Origin: Candidatus Magasanikbacteria bacterium RIFCSPHIGHO2_02_FULL_50_9b
Lineage (GTDB): Bacteria; Patescibacteriota; Patescibacteriia; Magasanikbacterales; 2-02-FULL-50-9b
Length of the DNA stretch: 30,147 nucleotides
Assembly: GCA_001782975.1 (NCBI GenBank)
Contig: MFQD01000018.1
Location: 9,658-39,804, forward strand
Direction: 5' to 3'
Part shown: positions 1-8,865 of the stretch, piece after piece
Position numbering within the stretch: the stretch's first letter is position 1
Layout of the letters: each line of letters opens with the position of its first letter
Position numbers and translations under genes: made by a program
The notes under the pieces: model-generated
What the model was told of the DNA's origin: nothing
Seen by the model: the letters and a program-made list of their open reading frames with translations, nothing else
The model's database searches: none

Positions 1-7
1 TTTTGCC

Positions 8-1840
8 ATGTTTTTGTCCCTTGTTTTGAAGTTCTCCCAGTTTTTAGTTGTATGGGTTGCGTTTTTGGCCATCGCCGCATGGACCGGCGCGCCGCTTGCA
101 GCCGCGGCAGAACATTTCGCCGGCCGGCCGCTTTCGTATGAAGTCGTGGTGCGACTGTATTTGTTGTGGACGTTGCTGTTGGTGTGTGGCACGTATGTTG
201 CGTTTGGGATGGTGCGCAGTCGACCACTCCTTTCGCGCCGTACCGCCGTGGCGGCATGCGCGGTTTTTGCCGCGCTAATTTTTGTCTCTGCATTCGACAC
301 CACGTGGTCCATAACCGAAGAAGCTTCGTGGATTAAATACCCAACGGCGCTGGCATTAATTTTAACTGGCGCACTATTTTGGTTTGGTGCGATGCGTGTG
401 CACGAACGCTTCACGCGCATAATATTTTTGGTACTTGGCGCGGGTAGTATTTTTGCGGCGCTTGATGAATTATTTATGATTCACGAACGAATCGGCGCCG
501 GTGGGAATGGTGATGCAGTGACGTTTATCTACGGGATCATCGGTGTTGGCGTGTTGGCATTCGTGTGGCGCAGCGTTCGCCATTTAATTGCGCGGCCGCA
601 TTGGCAACGGGGATTGTGGATTATTTTTTTCGGTATGCTGTTATTTGTACTCGCCACAATTTTTGATACGTTTGATTTTGCCGCGCATGCTTTGGTGCGG
701 CGTGCGGCGTTGTGGTGGTTGGAACATAATTATGAATTTGGCCACGCGTGGGAAATGATTTGGTCGCCGAAATTTTTTCTCAACGCGTGGGAAGAATTTT
801 TTGAATTTATAGCGTCGGCATTTTTTGCGTATGGCGCCGCAGTAATTGTTGCGGGTGAATTTCGCAGTCGCGTAGTGAACGCTGCGGCGGCGCACCGCGC
901 ATATCCGCGCTGCAGTGTTGCGCTCGTGAGCACGATGACTACTCTGTGTCTTATGCTCGTGGCCACCACCATCGTCACGCAACCACCGGGTCTACTTGCA
1001 AACAACGCGTACGCTGCAACACGTATCGCCGATGAGCGCGATGGTTTATTTCACACGGATGATTTGGATTTTCATCCGTTGCACGGCGTTGCTGTTGCAA
1101 ATGAATCTGCGGCGTGGCAGCACAAAACGCCGCGTGCGTCCGGTGCATTTTTAATTGATGTGCGTGACGCTATACAGCGTGTGCCTGATAGCACACAATT
1201 GTTGCGCGATGCAGATAGTGTTGCGTTTACCACGAGTACGCTGTACGTTTCTGATAGTAGCCAAGGCCGTATATTTGCACGCGATATGAAAAGTGGCGAA
1301 TGGCGCACTGTGCCGGTTGGCGAAAATTTTCCGCGCCATCCGGAAGGTTTGAGTGTGAGCGCGAGCGGCATCATTACGGTGTTAGACGAAAGCGCGCGTT
1401 CCATTTCACACATCACACCAAGCGGCCGTGTTACCGTTGAAAAACCAACGCACAAAAAATTTGTGGCGCCCGAAGGAATTGTGTGGCATCCGCAACTCAA
1501 AAAATTTGTGATTACGGATGACGTAAGTGGCACGATTTTTTTGTACGAACCCAACAAACCGCTCATGGTGTGCGCGGATAATTCAAGCGGTTTGCGCGCG
1601 CCAGAAGATGTGGCCGTAACGCCAAGCGGGAATATCATTGTCTCCGACAATGGCAGTCGCAGTATTTTTATTTTCGATACAGCGTGTCACAAGATTCGCA
1701 CGCTGCAATTTAATCCGTTGTATCGCGATGTGCAAGGTGTTGCTGTGAATGCGGCTGGCGATATTTACATCGTCACGGCGAATGGTTTCGACAACAAAAG
1801 TTTTATGCCAAGCATGGTGTGGAAGATCGTGAATCCGTGA
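8..1840 (+). CDS. Polytopic membrane protein with C-terminal NHL/SMP-30-like beta-propeller
   Basis: About 330 aa of repeated hydrophobic helices (incl. ALDELFMIHE), then blade-like repeats HPEGLSV, APEGIVW, APEDVAV, DVQGVAV. Confidence 0.75.
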   Translation: MFLSLVLKFSQFLVVWVAFLAIAAWTGAPLAAAAEHFAGRPLSYEVVVRLYLLWTLLLVCGTYVAFGMVRSRPLLSRRTAVAACAVFAALIFVSAFDTTWSITEEASWIKYPTALALILTGALFWFGAMRVHERFTRIIFLVLGAGSIFAALDELFMIHERIGAGGNGDAVTFIYGIIGVGVLAFVWRSVRHLIARPHWQRGLWIIFFGMLLFVLATIFDTFDFAAHALVRRAALWWLEHNYEFGHAWEMIWSPKFFLNAWEEFFEFIASAFFAYGAAVIVAGEFRSRVVNAAAAHRAYPRCSVALVSTMTTLCLMLVATTIVTQPPGLLANNAYAATRIADERDGLFHTDDLDFHPLHGVAVANESAAWQHKTPRASGAFLIDVRDAIQRVPDSTQLLRDADSVAFTTSTLYVSDSSQGRIFARDMKSGEWRTVPVGENFPRHPEGLSVSASGIITVLDESARSISHITPSGRVTVEKPTHKKFVAPEGIVWHPQLKKFVITDDVSGTIFLYEPNKPLMVCADNSSGLRAPEDVAVTPSGNIIVSDNGSRSIFIFDTACHKIRTLQFNPLYRDVQGVAVNAAGDIYIVTANGFDNKSFMPSMVWKIVNP

Positions 1841-1883
1841 TTGAAAAATATTTCAAGAGATGATAGAGTTTGTTCGCTGACGC

Positions 1884-1957
1884 GGGCCCGTAGCTTAGTT
1901 GGTTAAAGCACAGTGCTTATAACGCTGGGATCGATGGTTCGAATCCATCCGGGCCTA
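1884..1957 (+). tRNA. tRNA-Ile(UAU)
   Basis: Cloverleaf: acceptor GGGCCCG/CGGGCCT, D arm GCTT..AAGC, anticodon stem CAGTG/CGCTG with loop CT-TAT-AA (TAT at 1918-1920), T arm GATGG-TTCGAAT-CCATC, discriminator A; CCA not encoded. Confidence 0.92.
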
Positions 1958-1996
1958 TATAAAAATTCCTGACAATCATGTCAGGAATTTTTATAT
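1957..1996 (+). terminator. Perfect 18-bp inverted repeat directly after the tRNA (probable bidirectional terminator)
   Basis: ATATAAAAATTCCTGACA (1957-1974), loop ATCA, TGTCAGGAATTTTTATAT (1979-1996). Confidence 0.75.
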
Positions 1997-2005
1997 TTGT
2001 GCGGA

Positions 2006-2147
2006 GGATGGATTCGAAGACAGCGCGCGCGTCCGAGCAAGTGCAGGACGCGTGGCGCGCTGGCCGGATTTTGACGCGAGATGCTTCGCGTCAAAATCGA
2101 ATCCATCCGGGCCTGCGAGCGTCCATGGCGAGCAGGCGAATCCATCC
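2006..2147. repeat. Structured element carrying copies of the tRNA T-arm/3' end
   Basis: TCGAATCCATCCGGGCCT at 2097-2114 is identical to tRNA 1939-1956; reverse complement GGATGGATTCGA at 2006-2017; third partial copy CGAATCCATCC at 2137-2147; internal hairpins. Confidence 0.8.
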
Positions 2148-2239
2148 ATGCTACTTGTTTTTTAAAACACCACGCGCTATCATGTTCGCGGTCTGTGCAA
2201 CAACAAACACAACATTTTGTACAACACCAAAGGAGCGGT

Positions 2240-2722
2240 ATGATCACATTCGGGACAGAAGCGGGGACGGGAGTGACGGCAGTTCAAGAGCCGGTGCATC
2301 GAATCGAAGCGCATTGGGACGCGAAGAATTTCAAGGTTTCCATCACCCGTTCGCATGTGGTGGTGATCAAGAGCAATACCACCGGTGCAACGCTCGCGAT
2401 TTGCAGGCAGTCGCGTGGCTGGTGGAAGTTGCGCTACACGTTGAAGTGGAAGCGTGAACATGGATTCGGTGGCGGGCGCGTCAGCGGCGAGGTAGTGCTT
2501 TCCACGGCACAGCTCGTGCGGGCGTTCGACTTACAGGATTATTATGATCCGCTGTTTGAACCAAATGCCTTGTGTCGGCGCATCGACGATCATCTCACGG
2601 TTCCTGCGTGGCGCGGTCAGGTTGCGAACGGCGTGCCCTGCATCTCGATCCGATTGTCGCCTCGTCTGCGCGATCCAGTACGCGAGCTCATCAATCGAAA
2701 CGCAGCACTCGTGCGCGCGTGA
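2240..2722 (+). CDS. Hypothetical protein (160 aa)
   Basis: AAGGAG SD before ATG at 2240; the upstream extension in the ORF track runs through the structured repeat. Confidence 0.65.
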   Translation: MITFGTEAGTGVTAVQEPVHRIEAHWDAKNFKVSITRSHVVVIKSNTTGATLAICRQSRGWWKLRYTLKWKREHGFGGGRVSGEVVLSTAQLVRAFDLQDYYDPLFEPNALCRRIDDHLTVPAWRGQVANGVPCISIRLSPRLRDPVRELINRNAALVRA

Positions 2723-2799
2723 GCACAACTGGTTCGGCCTCTCGTCTGCACACACACCTGATGTGCACGAGCGGCCGGCCGTTTTTTTAACAAAATTAA

Positions 2800-3933
2800 T
2801 TACCCGCGCATTTTTGCACGCAGCACATTGACCACGCGTGCAGTCGCATCCGCGAGCGCAAAGCCACCAAGCGTTGACGTCGTGCGCCCAACGCCACCAG
2901 TTGTTTCTGAAAAACCACTGACGAGCGCAGACGCCGAATACGGTTTTTGTGCGTCAACGATAACAGAAATGTCGTCGCCTTTTTCAAAAATTAATGCAAA
3001 CACTTTAACGCCCGGCGCCGTGTAAATTAATTCGTCGATAAAATCATGCAAGTCGCGTTCAGTCGCACCGGCGCGCACAAAGTCGTCGCGCGTGAGCGAA
3101 CTCCACATGAGCGGCTGTTGCGGATCAGATTGCAAATGCGACAGCACCGCACCCCACAATTTGAGCGCAGCGATCGATCGTTGTCGATACAAATGGTGCA
3201 CGACGAGCTCGCGATCTGCGCCAAGTGAAATGAGTGCGCTTGCGGTTTGCAAGGTGCGCGCGTTGACGGCGTTAAATTTGAAACTGCGCGTCGCGGCAAT
3301 GACGCCGGTGAGCAGTAGTTGTGCCGTTGGTTGCGTGATGTCCGCATGCGTGTCGCGAAAAATCGCATACACAACTTCAGCAACGCTCGTGCAAGTGATG
3401 TCAACCAGATTGAGGTGGCCAAACTGTTCGTTCGCCGCAGCACAATCAATGTTGATGATTGGTACTGCATTAAACAGCGCGGTGTTTTGCGTGTATGCGT
3501 CGCCGAGCGATGCAAGATCGGGCGCGCCAATCGCAATGATCGCATCGAAACGAAATTCAGACGTGTGTGTCACAACATTCGCCGCAGTCACCACACCGAT
3601 GTTTGGTGTCAGATGAAAGGTGAGTGTGCCGTCAACTAATTCGTGGCGAACATTTTGAACGCCGGTCGAACCCACTGCAACTGAAATTGAAAAATCATGC
3701 AGCTGCCCCGCAGACGCATCGATGCTCGATGTTGCGGGGATAAATTTCAGCGCGCTTGGTTGCGCGTAGTTCGAGGAAACGATTGTCGCCTGCGCGCTGC
3801 GGTGCTTCACCCATTCGGCAATTGCGCACGCAGACACGATTTCGTCATGATTTGGCTGCGGACGCACAACAACGAGCACGTTGTGTGCCGATTTAAGTGC
3901 CTGCTCAAATTGTTGGATGTCTGTTAGTGCCAT
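2800..3933 (-). CDS. DHH/DHHA1-family (NrnA-like) protein with degenerate catalytic motifs
   Basis: Family layout retained: PNHDEIVSA, IINIDCAAANEQFGHLNLVD, TSVAEVV, LLTGVIAATRSFK. Confidence 0.85.
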   Translation of the reverse strand: MALTDIQQFEQALKSAHNVLVVVRPQPNHDEIVSACAIAEWVKHRSAQATIVSSNYAQPSALKFIPATSSIDASAGQLHDFSISVAVGSTGVQNVRHELVDGTLTFHLTPNIGVVTAANVVTHTSEFRFDAIIAIGAPDLASLGDAYTQNTALFNAVPIINIDCAAANEQFGHLNLVDITCTSVAEVVYAIFRDTHADITQPTAQLLLTGVIAATRSFKFNAVNARTLQTASALISLGADRELVVHHLYRQRSIAALKLWGAVLSHLQSDPQQPLMWSSLTRDDFVRAGATERDLHDFIDELIYTAPGVKVFALIFEKGDDISVIVDAQKPYSASALVSGFSETTGGVGRTTSTLGGFALADATARVVNVLRAKMRG

Positions 3934-4144
3934 GTTTTTTGGCTAAAATTAGCCTGAAATAGGATTTGTTATCATACGAGATTTTGTTGTTTTGGTCAAG
4001 TGTTTTGTTGTACAGGCGCAGACTTACACTATTATTTTCGTTAATGTAGCAAAAAAAGAGCGGTTTTGGCGAGTATTTGTTAAGTTTGTATGGCTGGACT
4101 TGACAGATTAAAACAATTTGCGTGCAATGAGTGATGGAGTCGCA

Positions 4145-4215
4145 AGGGTGGTGTGCGCACTTTCTGAAGCGCGTTGCTGGCCTCTCGCGCGGGAAGAAAG
4201 TGCGCACACCACCCT
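4145..4215. repeat. 21-bp perfect inverted repeat in the DHH/valS divergent intergenic region
   Basis: AGGGTGGTGTGCGCACTTTCT (4145-4165) / AGAAAGTGCGCACACCACCCT (4195-4215), inner GCGCG/CGCGC stem. Confidence 0.85.
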
Positions 4216-4274
4216 CCCACTTGATTGCCCCTTGTCGCAAACTATTTTTTCCGTTACCATATCCATACCTTTAT

Positions 4275-6977
4275 ATGCACGAAATGCCAAAGGCCTACGA
4301 GCCGCAGCAATTTGAAGACGACACCTATGCGCGATGGGAGCAGAGCGGCGCATTTATTCCGGAGAATTTGTCTGATTTTGAAACACGTGAACCGTATACG
4401 ATTGTGGTGCCGCCGCCAAACGCAACTGGCACGCTGCACATTGGTCATGCAACCATGCTCGCGATCGAAGACTCGCTCATTCGCTATCAGCGCATGAACG
4501 GCAAGCGCGCGCTCTGGGTTCCGGGAACAGATCACGCCGCACTTGCGACGCAAAATAAAGTTGAAAAAGATATTTTTAAAGCAGAGGGCGTGACGCGTCA
4601 CGATTTGGGTCGCGATGAATTGCTCCGTCGCATCGATGCGTTTGTCGAAAGCAAACGCGATCGTATCAAATTTCAGTTTCGCAAAATGGGCGCGTCGCTT
4701 GATTGGTCGCGCGAAGCGTTCACGCTTGACGCGCCGCGGTCGCTCGCTGTGCGTACCGTGTTTAAAAAAATGTACGACGATGGTTTGATCTATCGCGGCA
4801 ATCGGGTGATCAATTGGTGTTCGCGGTGCGCATCAACATTGTCAGACGATGAAGTGGAATCAAAAACGCGAACCGCGACACTCTATTTTTTTAAGTACGA
4901 TCGCGCGTTTCCAATTACCATTGCATCAACGCAACCAGAAACTAAATTGGGTGACACAGCGGTTGCGGTGCATCCGAGCGATGAACGATACGCGGCGTTT
5001 GTTAACAAAAACTTTACCGTCGCATTTGGTGGCGTTGGTGGTGCTGCATTGACACTGCGCGTGATAGCCGATCACGCTGTTGAAAAAGAATTTGGCACCG
5101 GCGCGCTGGGCGTGACGCCGGCGCACAGCATGGTTGATTATCAAATGTCGTTGCAACACGATTTGCCGCTCGCACATATCATCGGTGAAGATGGGCGCAT
5201 GACTGAAGCGGCGGGTCACGAGTACGCGGGTTTGACGACGAATGAGGCGCGCGAAAAAGTGGTGGCATGGTTGCGCGCGGAACGGTTGATTGAAAAAGAG
5301 GAAGAGATTGAGCAAAATGTGCCGATCTGTTCGCGATGTGACACAGAAATAATTCCATTGCCAAAGTTGCAGTGGTTTGTGGCGGTGAATAAAAAATTTA
5401 AATTTCAGCAATCGTCGCGCCACGCGGTTGTAGGTATTGCGGCTGGTGCAGAAGTGACGCTCAAAGAAACGATGCGTCATGTGGTTGCGACTGATCAAAT
5501 TTCAATCATTCCTGAGCGGTTTGGAAAAACATATTTTCATTGGATTGAAAATTTGCGCGACTGGTGCATTTCGCGTCAGATTTGGTACGGCCATCGGATT
5601 CCAGTTTGGTATTGCGCGTCGTGTCCGGATCCGATCGTGTCGACCGACGAGGTGGTCGTGTGTCCGACGTGCAGCGGTGCGGTTGCGCAAGATCCGGACG
5701 TGCTCGACACATGGTTTTCATCCGGCACATGGACATTTTCAACGCTTGGGTGGCCGAATGATAACGGCGATCTCGCGACATATCATCCGACTGACGTGCT
5801 TGAAACTGGCTATGATATTTTGGCGTGTTGGGTCTCGCGTATGATTTTGTTAACCACATACGCGCTTGGTGAAGTTCCGTTTCGCACCGTTTATTTGCAT
5901 GGACTGGTGCGTGATGCCGATGGACGCAAAATGTCAAAATCAATTGGAAACGTGATTGATCCGTTGGACGTTGCGCCGAAATATGGAACTGACGCCGTGC
6001 GTTTGGCGCTGCTTCTCGGACAGACGCCGGGAAATGATTCACGCATGTCTGAAGAAAAAATCGCGGGCTTCAGAAATTTCACGAACAAGTTGTGGAATAT
6101 TTCGCGATATATTTTTTCACAGGTTGTCGGCAGTGGCACTTATCAGCGCTTAATTACTGAAAGTGATTTAACCAACGCCGAATTAACGACGCTCGACAAA
6201 TGGATTCTGTCGCGATTTGCCGCGGTTGCGCGCGCGTTCAGCGAGGCGATTGAGAAATTTGAATTTTCGCGTGCCGGCGAAGTTTTGCGCGACTTCACCT
6301 GGAATGAATTTGCGGATTGGTATCTTGAGGGAGCAAAAGTTGAGGGCGGCAAACACGACGTGCTCCATTATGTGCTGCAAAATTTGTTAAAACTGTGGCA
6401 TCCATATATGCCGTTTGTGACTGAAGTGATTTGGCAGTCAGCGTACGCGCGCGGTGCTGACGATTTTTTGATGGTCGCGTCGTGGCCGGACTATGGCGCG
6501 ATGGCATTGTATCCAGAAGCAGAACGTGAGTTCGAGCGGGCGCAGCGGGTGATCACGGCCGTGCGCGCGATGCGGAGTGATTTTGGTGTGCCTGCGAGCG
6601 CCGTTGTTCCGGTTACGGTTGTGTCGCCGAAATACGCACCGGTCTTGGCCGAGCAGAAATTGGTGATCGAGCGGCTGGGGCGATGCACGCTGCTGTTTGC
6701 TGATGCGGCGCCTGACGGGCAGCTCGCGAGCGTGATTGAAGAGGGTGTTGTTGCGATTCCGCGCATTGAGGCCGCCGGGTCGCCAGATGCGGCGATTCGG
6801 CTTGCGACAGAACGCGACGAGGTGGCGCATTATATTGAAGCGGTGCGCGCGAAATTGTCGAACGATGAATTTGTGGGGCGTGCGCCGGCAGCGGTGGTCG
6901 AGCGCGAGCGTGCAAAATTGGACGAGGCTGTGGAACGGTTGGGGATTATTGATGCGCGGCTTGGGCGGGGTGGTTGA
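4275..6977 (+). CDS. valS: Valine--tRNA ligase
   Basis: PPPNATGTLHIGHA (HIGH), PGTDHA, DWCISRQIWYGH, DVLDTWFSS, GRKMSKS, C-terminal coiled coil; start set at MHEMPKAYEP. Confidence 0.97.
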   Translation: MHEMPKAYEPQQFEDDTYARWEQSGAFIPENLSDFETREPYTIVVPPPNATGTLHIGHATMLAIEDSLIRYQRMNGKRALWVPGTDHAALATQNKVEKDIFKAEGVTRHDLGRDELLRRIDAFVESKRDRIKFQFRKMGASLDWSREAFTLDAPRSLAVRTVFKKMYDDGLIYRGNRVINWCSRCASTLSDDEVESKTRTATLYFFKYDRAFPITIASTQPETKLGDTAVAVHPSDERYAAFVNKNFTVAFGGVGGAALTLRVIADHAVEKEFGTGALGVTPAHSMVDYQMSLQHDLPLAHIIGEDGRMTEAAGHEYAGLTTNEAREKVVAWLRAERLIEKEEEIEQNVPICSRCDTEIIPLPKLQWFVAVNKKFKFQQSSRHAVVGIAAGAEVTLKETMRHVVATDQISIIPERFGKTYFHWIENLRDWCISRQIWYGHRIPVWYCASCPDPIVSTDEVVVCPTCSGAVAQDPDVLDTWFSSGTWTFSTLGWPNDNGDLATYHPTDVLETGYDILACWVSRMILLTTYALGEVPFRTVYLHGLVRDADGRKMSKSIGNVIDPLDVAPKYGTDAVRLALLLGQTPGNDSRMSEEKIAGFRNFTNKLWNISRYIFSQVVGSGTYQRLITESDLTNAELTTLDKWILSRFAAVARAFSEAIEKFEFSRAGEVLRDFTWNEFADWYLEGAKVEGGKHDVLHYVLQNLLKLWHPYMPFVTEVIWQSAYARGADDFLMVASWPDYGAMALYPEAEREFERAQRVITAVRAMRSDFGVPASAVVPVTVVSPKYAPVLAEQKLVIERLGRCTLLFADAAPDGQLASVIEEGVVAIPRIEAAGSPDAAIRLATERDEVAHYIEAVRAKLSNDEFVGRAPAAVVERERAKLDEAVERLGIIDARLGRGG

Positions 6978-6992
6978 TGTTTTTAGCATGGT

Positions 6993-7025
6993 TGTAAATT
7001 GTATTACATTGTAATACAATTTACA
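6993..7025. promoter_or_regulatory. 33-bp near-perfect AT-rich palindrome (operator-like)
   Basis: TGTAAATTGTATTACA-T-TGTAATACAATTTACA, 16-bp perfect arms, 49 nt upstream of the ATG at 7075. Confidence 0.6.
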
Positions 7026-7074
7026 GGGTAGAAAAAAAGACTCACGCACCGCGTGCCCGCAACATTAATCTTCT

Positions 7075-8046
7075 ATGAAACATTTCATCTTTTCGGCATT
7101 TGTATTTGCATTATTTATTGCAGCGCCAGTATTTGCTGCGGGCGGCGGAGGTGGCGGCGGCTCCGGAACGGTGAGTACGCCAATTATTTGTACAAAAGAC
7201 ACGTGGACGTGCGGCGAGTGGGGGCCATGTCTCCTGAGTGGCGTTCGGCAGCGCGCGTGCATGCTCGCAGATGACTGTCCGAGCGTAGTTGCGCCAAAGC
7301 CTGAAACAACAGAGGCGTGTATTTTGCCGATGACAGCGCCTACCCCCGCACCTGCACCAAAACCAGCCCCAGCTCCAGTTCCGGCTGCCGCGGCGCAATG
7401 GAAATTAAAATGCTTTCATTTAAAAACATTGCGCGCACGCATTGATTGCCGGCTCGCACTTCCGCACGATCAATTGGAAAAAGAAATCGCGGCAAAATAT
7501 CTGCCCGAAGAATGTCGATCAAAACCAGTTAAGCAACAAGCGGCGTGTGTGCAGCTGTATAAAAATTTTGGTCCGTGCTGGGACAGGGAAGGCGTCAGCC
7601 CGCGCATGGAATGCGCACGCGAGGTGATCGGGATGTCGAGTGAGAACATCGTCGACCTGTATCGCGAATGCAAAGATTTAAAAAGCAAAGAAAAAACAGC
7701 GTGCCTCGCCACGCAGCGCGAGAAACTGTTTGTCTACGCGAAATTTAAATTTTATGATCTGTCCGAATACGCCGAAGAATATCTGGAGGACGGAATCGTC
7801 ACGCGTAAAGCAGCCGTTGATTTCGTGACACAGATGGAAACAAAAAAACAACAGTTTAACAAAGCGGGAAATAATTTTGCCCGCCGCCTTGCCATTGCGA
7901 AAGAAGTGCGTGCAACGTGGGGCGCGTTTATGAAAAAAGTGAACTTAGGCGCGGTTGCCGGCGACCCGGTCGCGCGCGCGGAGCTGTATCAGGCAATGGA
8001 TGTGGAGATGGGGCAGACCCTTGCACAGTTGCTGGATTTGAAGTAG
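7075..8046 (+). CDS. Exported Cys-rich protein with thrombospondin-type-1-like motif and Pro/Ala linker
   Basis: Signal peptide MKHFIFSAFVFALFIAAPVFA, poly-Gly, CTKDTWTCGEWGPC...RQRAC, PTPAPAPKPAPAPVP linker, Cys-spaced helical domain. Confidence 0.75.
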   Translation: MKHFIFSAFVFALFIAAPVFAAGGGGGGGSGTVSTPIICTKDTWTCGEWGPCLLSGVRQRACMLADDCPSVVAPKPETTEACILPMTAPTPAPAPKPAPAPVPAAAAQWKLKCFHLKTLRARIDCRLALPHDQLEKEIAAKYLPEECRSKPVKQQAACVQLYKNFGPCWDREGVSPRMECAREVIGMSSENIVDLYRECKDLKSKEKTACLATQREKLFVYAKFKFYDLSEYAEEYLEDGIVTRKAAVDFVTQMETKKQQFNKAGNNFARRLAIAKEVRATWGAFMKKVNLGAVAGDPVARAELYQAMDVEMGQTLAQLLDLK

Positions 8047-8085
8047 GCTGCTAAATAGCAGGGCAAAACTCCTGCGGAGTTCAAA

Positions 8086-8733
8086 ATGAACACGTGGCAA
8101 GAGTGGCTTCAGGAGCGTCGTGCAGCGAGCAACATGAAGGTGACGGAGATTCCGTTGCAGGCGGCGGCGCCTTGGTGTGTGATGAATGCGAAGAATGTTG
8201 CGGGCGGAATCCCGCACCATGTCGGCCGCGAAGACGGCAAGTTCTTCACGGTTAATGCGATCCGTGTCGGTGAGGCGAACCGCGAGGTTGAGGGCTGGCC
8301 GCAGGTCGTCATCAAGGAGGCGGCAAAGCCGGGCGAGGAAGGGGTGGTGGTGCTGGTCTGCGATGTCCAAGGCAACTGCCTCGTTCAGGCAAAGGCAGAG
8401 CCGGGCAACGACACGCCGGGTTGCGTGCTGTTGGCTCCGACGCTGCAGGTCTCGCGTGCAAACCTCGGGCAGGCGCATGGCGGCAAGCGTCCGTGGCGCG
8501 CCGAACTCGTCGGAGACGAAGCTCTGGATGGCGCAATTCTCATCCACGCGGACGGCGCTCGGTTCCTCGGGAAGCACGCCTCGTTCATCGTGATCACGGT
8601 GGAAGCTTCGACGATCGAGTGTGCTCCGAACGAGCGGTGGTTCAGCGAGCAGGAGTTGCGCGAAGCGCTGCGCGCTGGCGACGTCAACGAGCACCTCGCG
8701 CACGCGTGGCTCGTGAAGATGGTCGGCGGCTGA
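8086..8733 (+). CDS. NDP-hexose 2,3-dehydratase-family protein (single domain)
   Basis: GKFFTV, VQAKAEPGN, LAPTLQVSRAN, DGARFLGKH resemble EvaA/OleV-family motifs; GGAG SD. Confidence 0.75.
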   Translation: MNTWQEWLQERRAASNMKVTEIPLQAAAPWCVMNAKNVAGGIPHHVGREDGKFFTVNAIRVGEANREVEGWPQVVIKEAAKPGEEGVVVLVCDVQGNCLVQAKAEPGNDTPGCVLLAPTLQVSRANLGQAHGGKRPWRAELVGDEALDGAILIHADGARFLGKHASFIVITVEASTIECAPNERWFSEQELREALRAGDVNEHLAHAWLVKMVGG

Positions 8734-8760
8734 CCTGACGGTTCGGTTCGGCACCCAACG

Positions 8761-8806
8761 GGCGGTGGCTGGGGTTCTACGGGATCCTGGCTGCCACCCT
8801 TTTTTA
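8761..8806 (+). terminator. Intrinsic terminator of the dehydratase-like gene
   Basis: GGTGGC/GCCACC stem with inner GU-rich stem capped by cUACGg, followed by T-run. Confidence 0.75.
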
Positions 8807-8808
8807 AT

Positions 8809-8837
8809 TTGACAGCATGTGTGATTTTATTTAATAT
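8809..8837 (+). promoter_or_regulatory. sigma70 promoter of toxin-like gene 8866
   Basis: TTGACA-17-TAATAT. Confidence 0.7.
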
Positions 8838-8865
8838 CGCCGCATAACAAAACATAAAAGGGGGT

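Noticed and set aside
1939-2114. Prophage or integrative element at tRNA-Ile
   Set aside because: The att-like 18-bp repeat encloses only 140 nt with no integrase; reported only as a small element.
4144-4160. T-box riboswitch upstream of valS (AAGGGTGG..)
   Set aside because: Lacks the ACCGCG continuation, Stem I and terminator; the sequence is one arm of a perfect inverted repeat.
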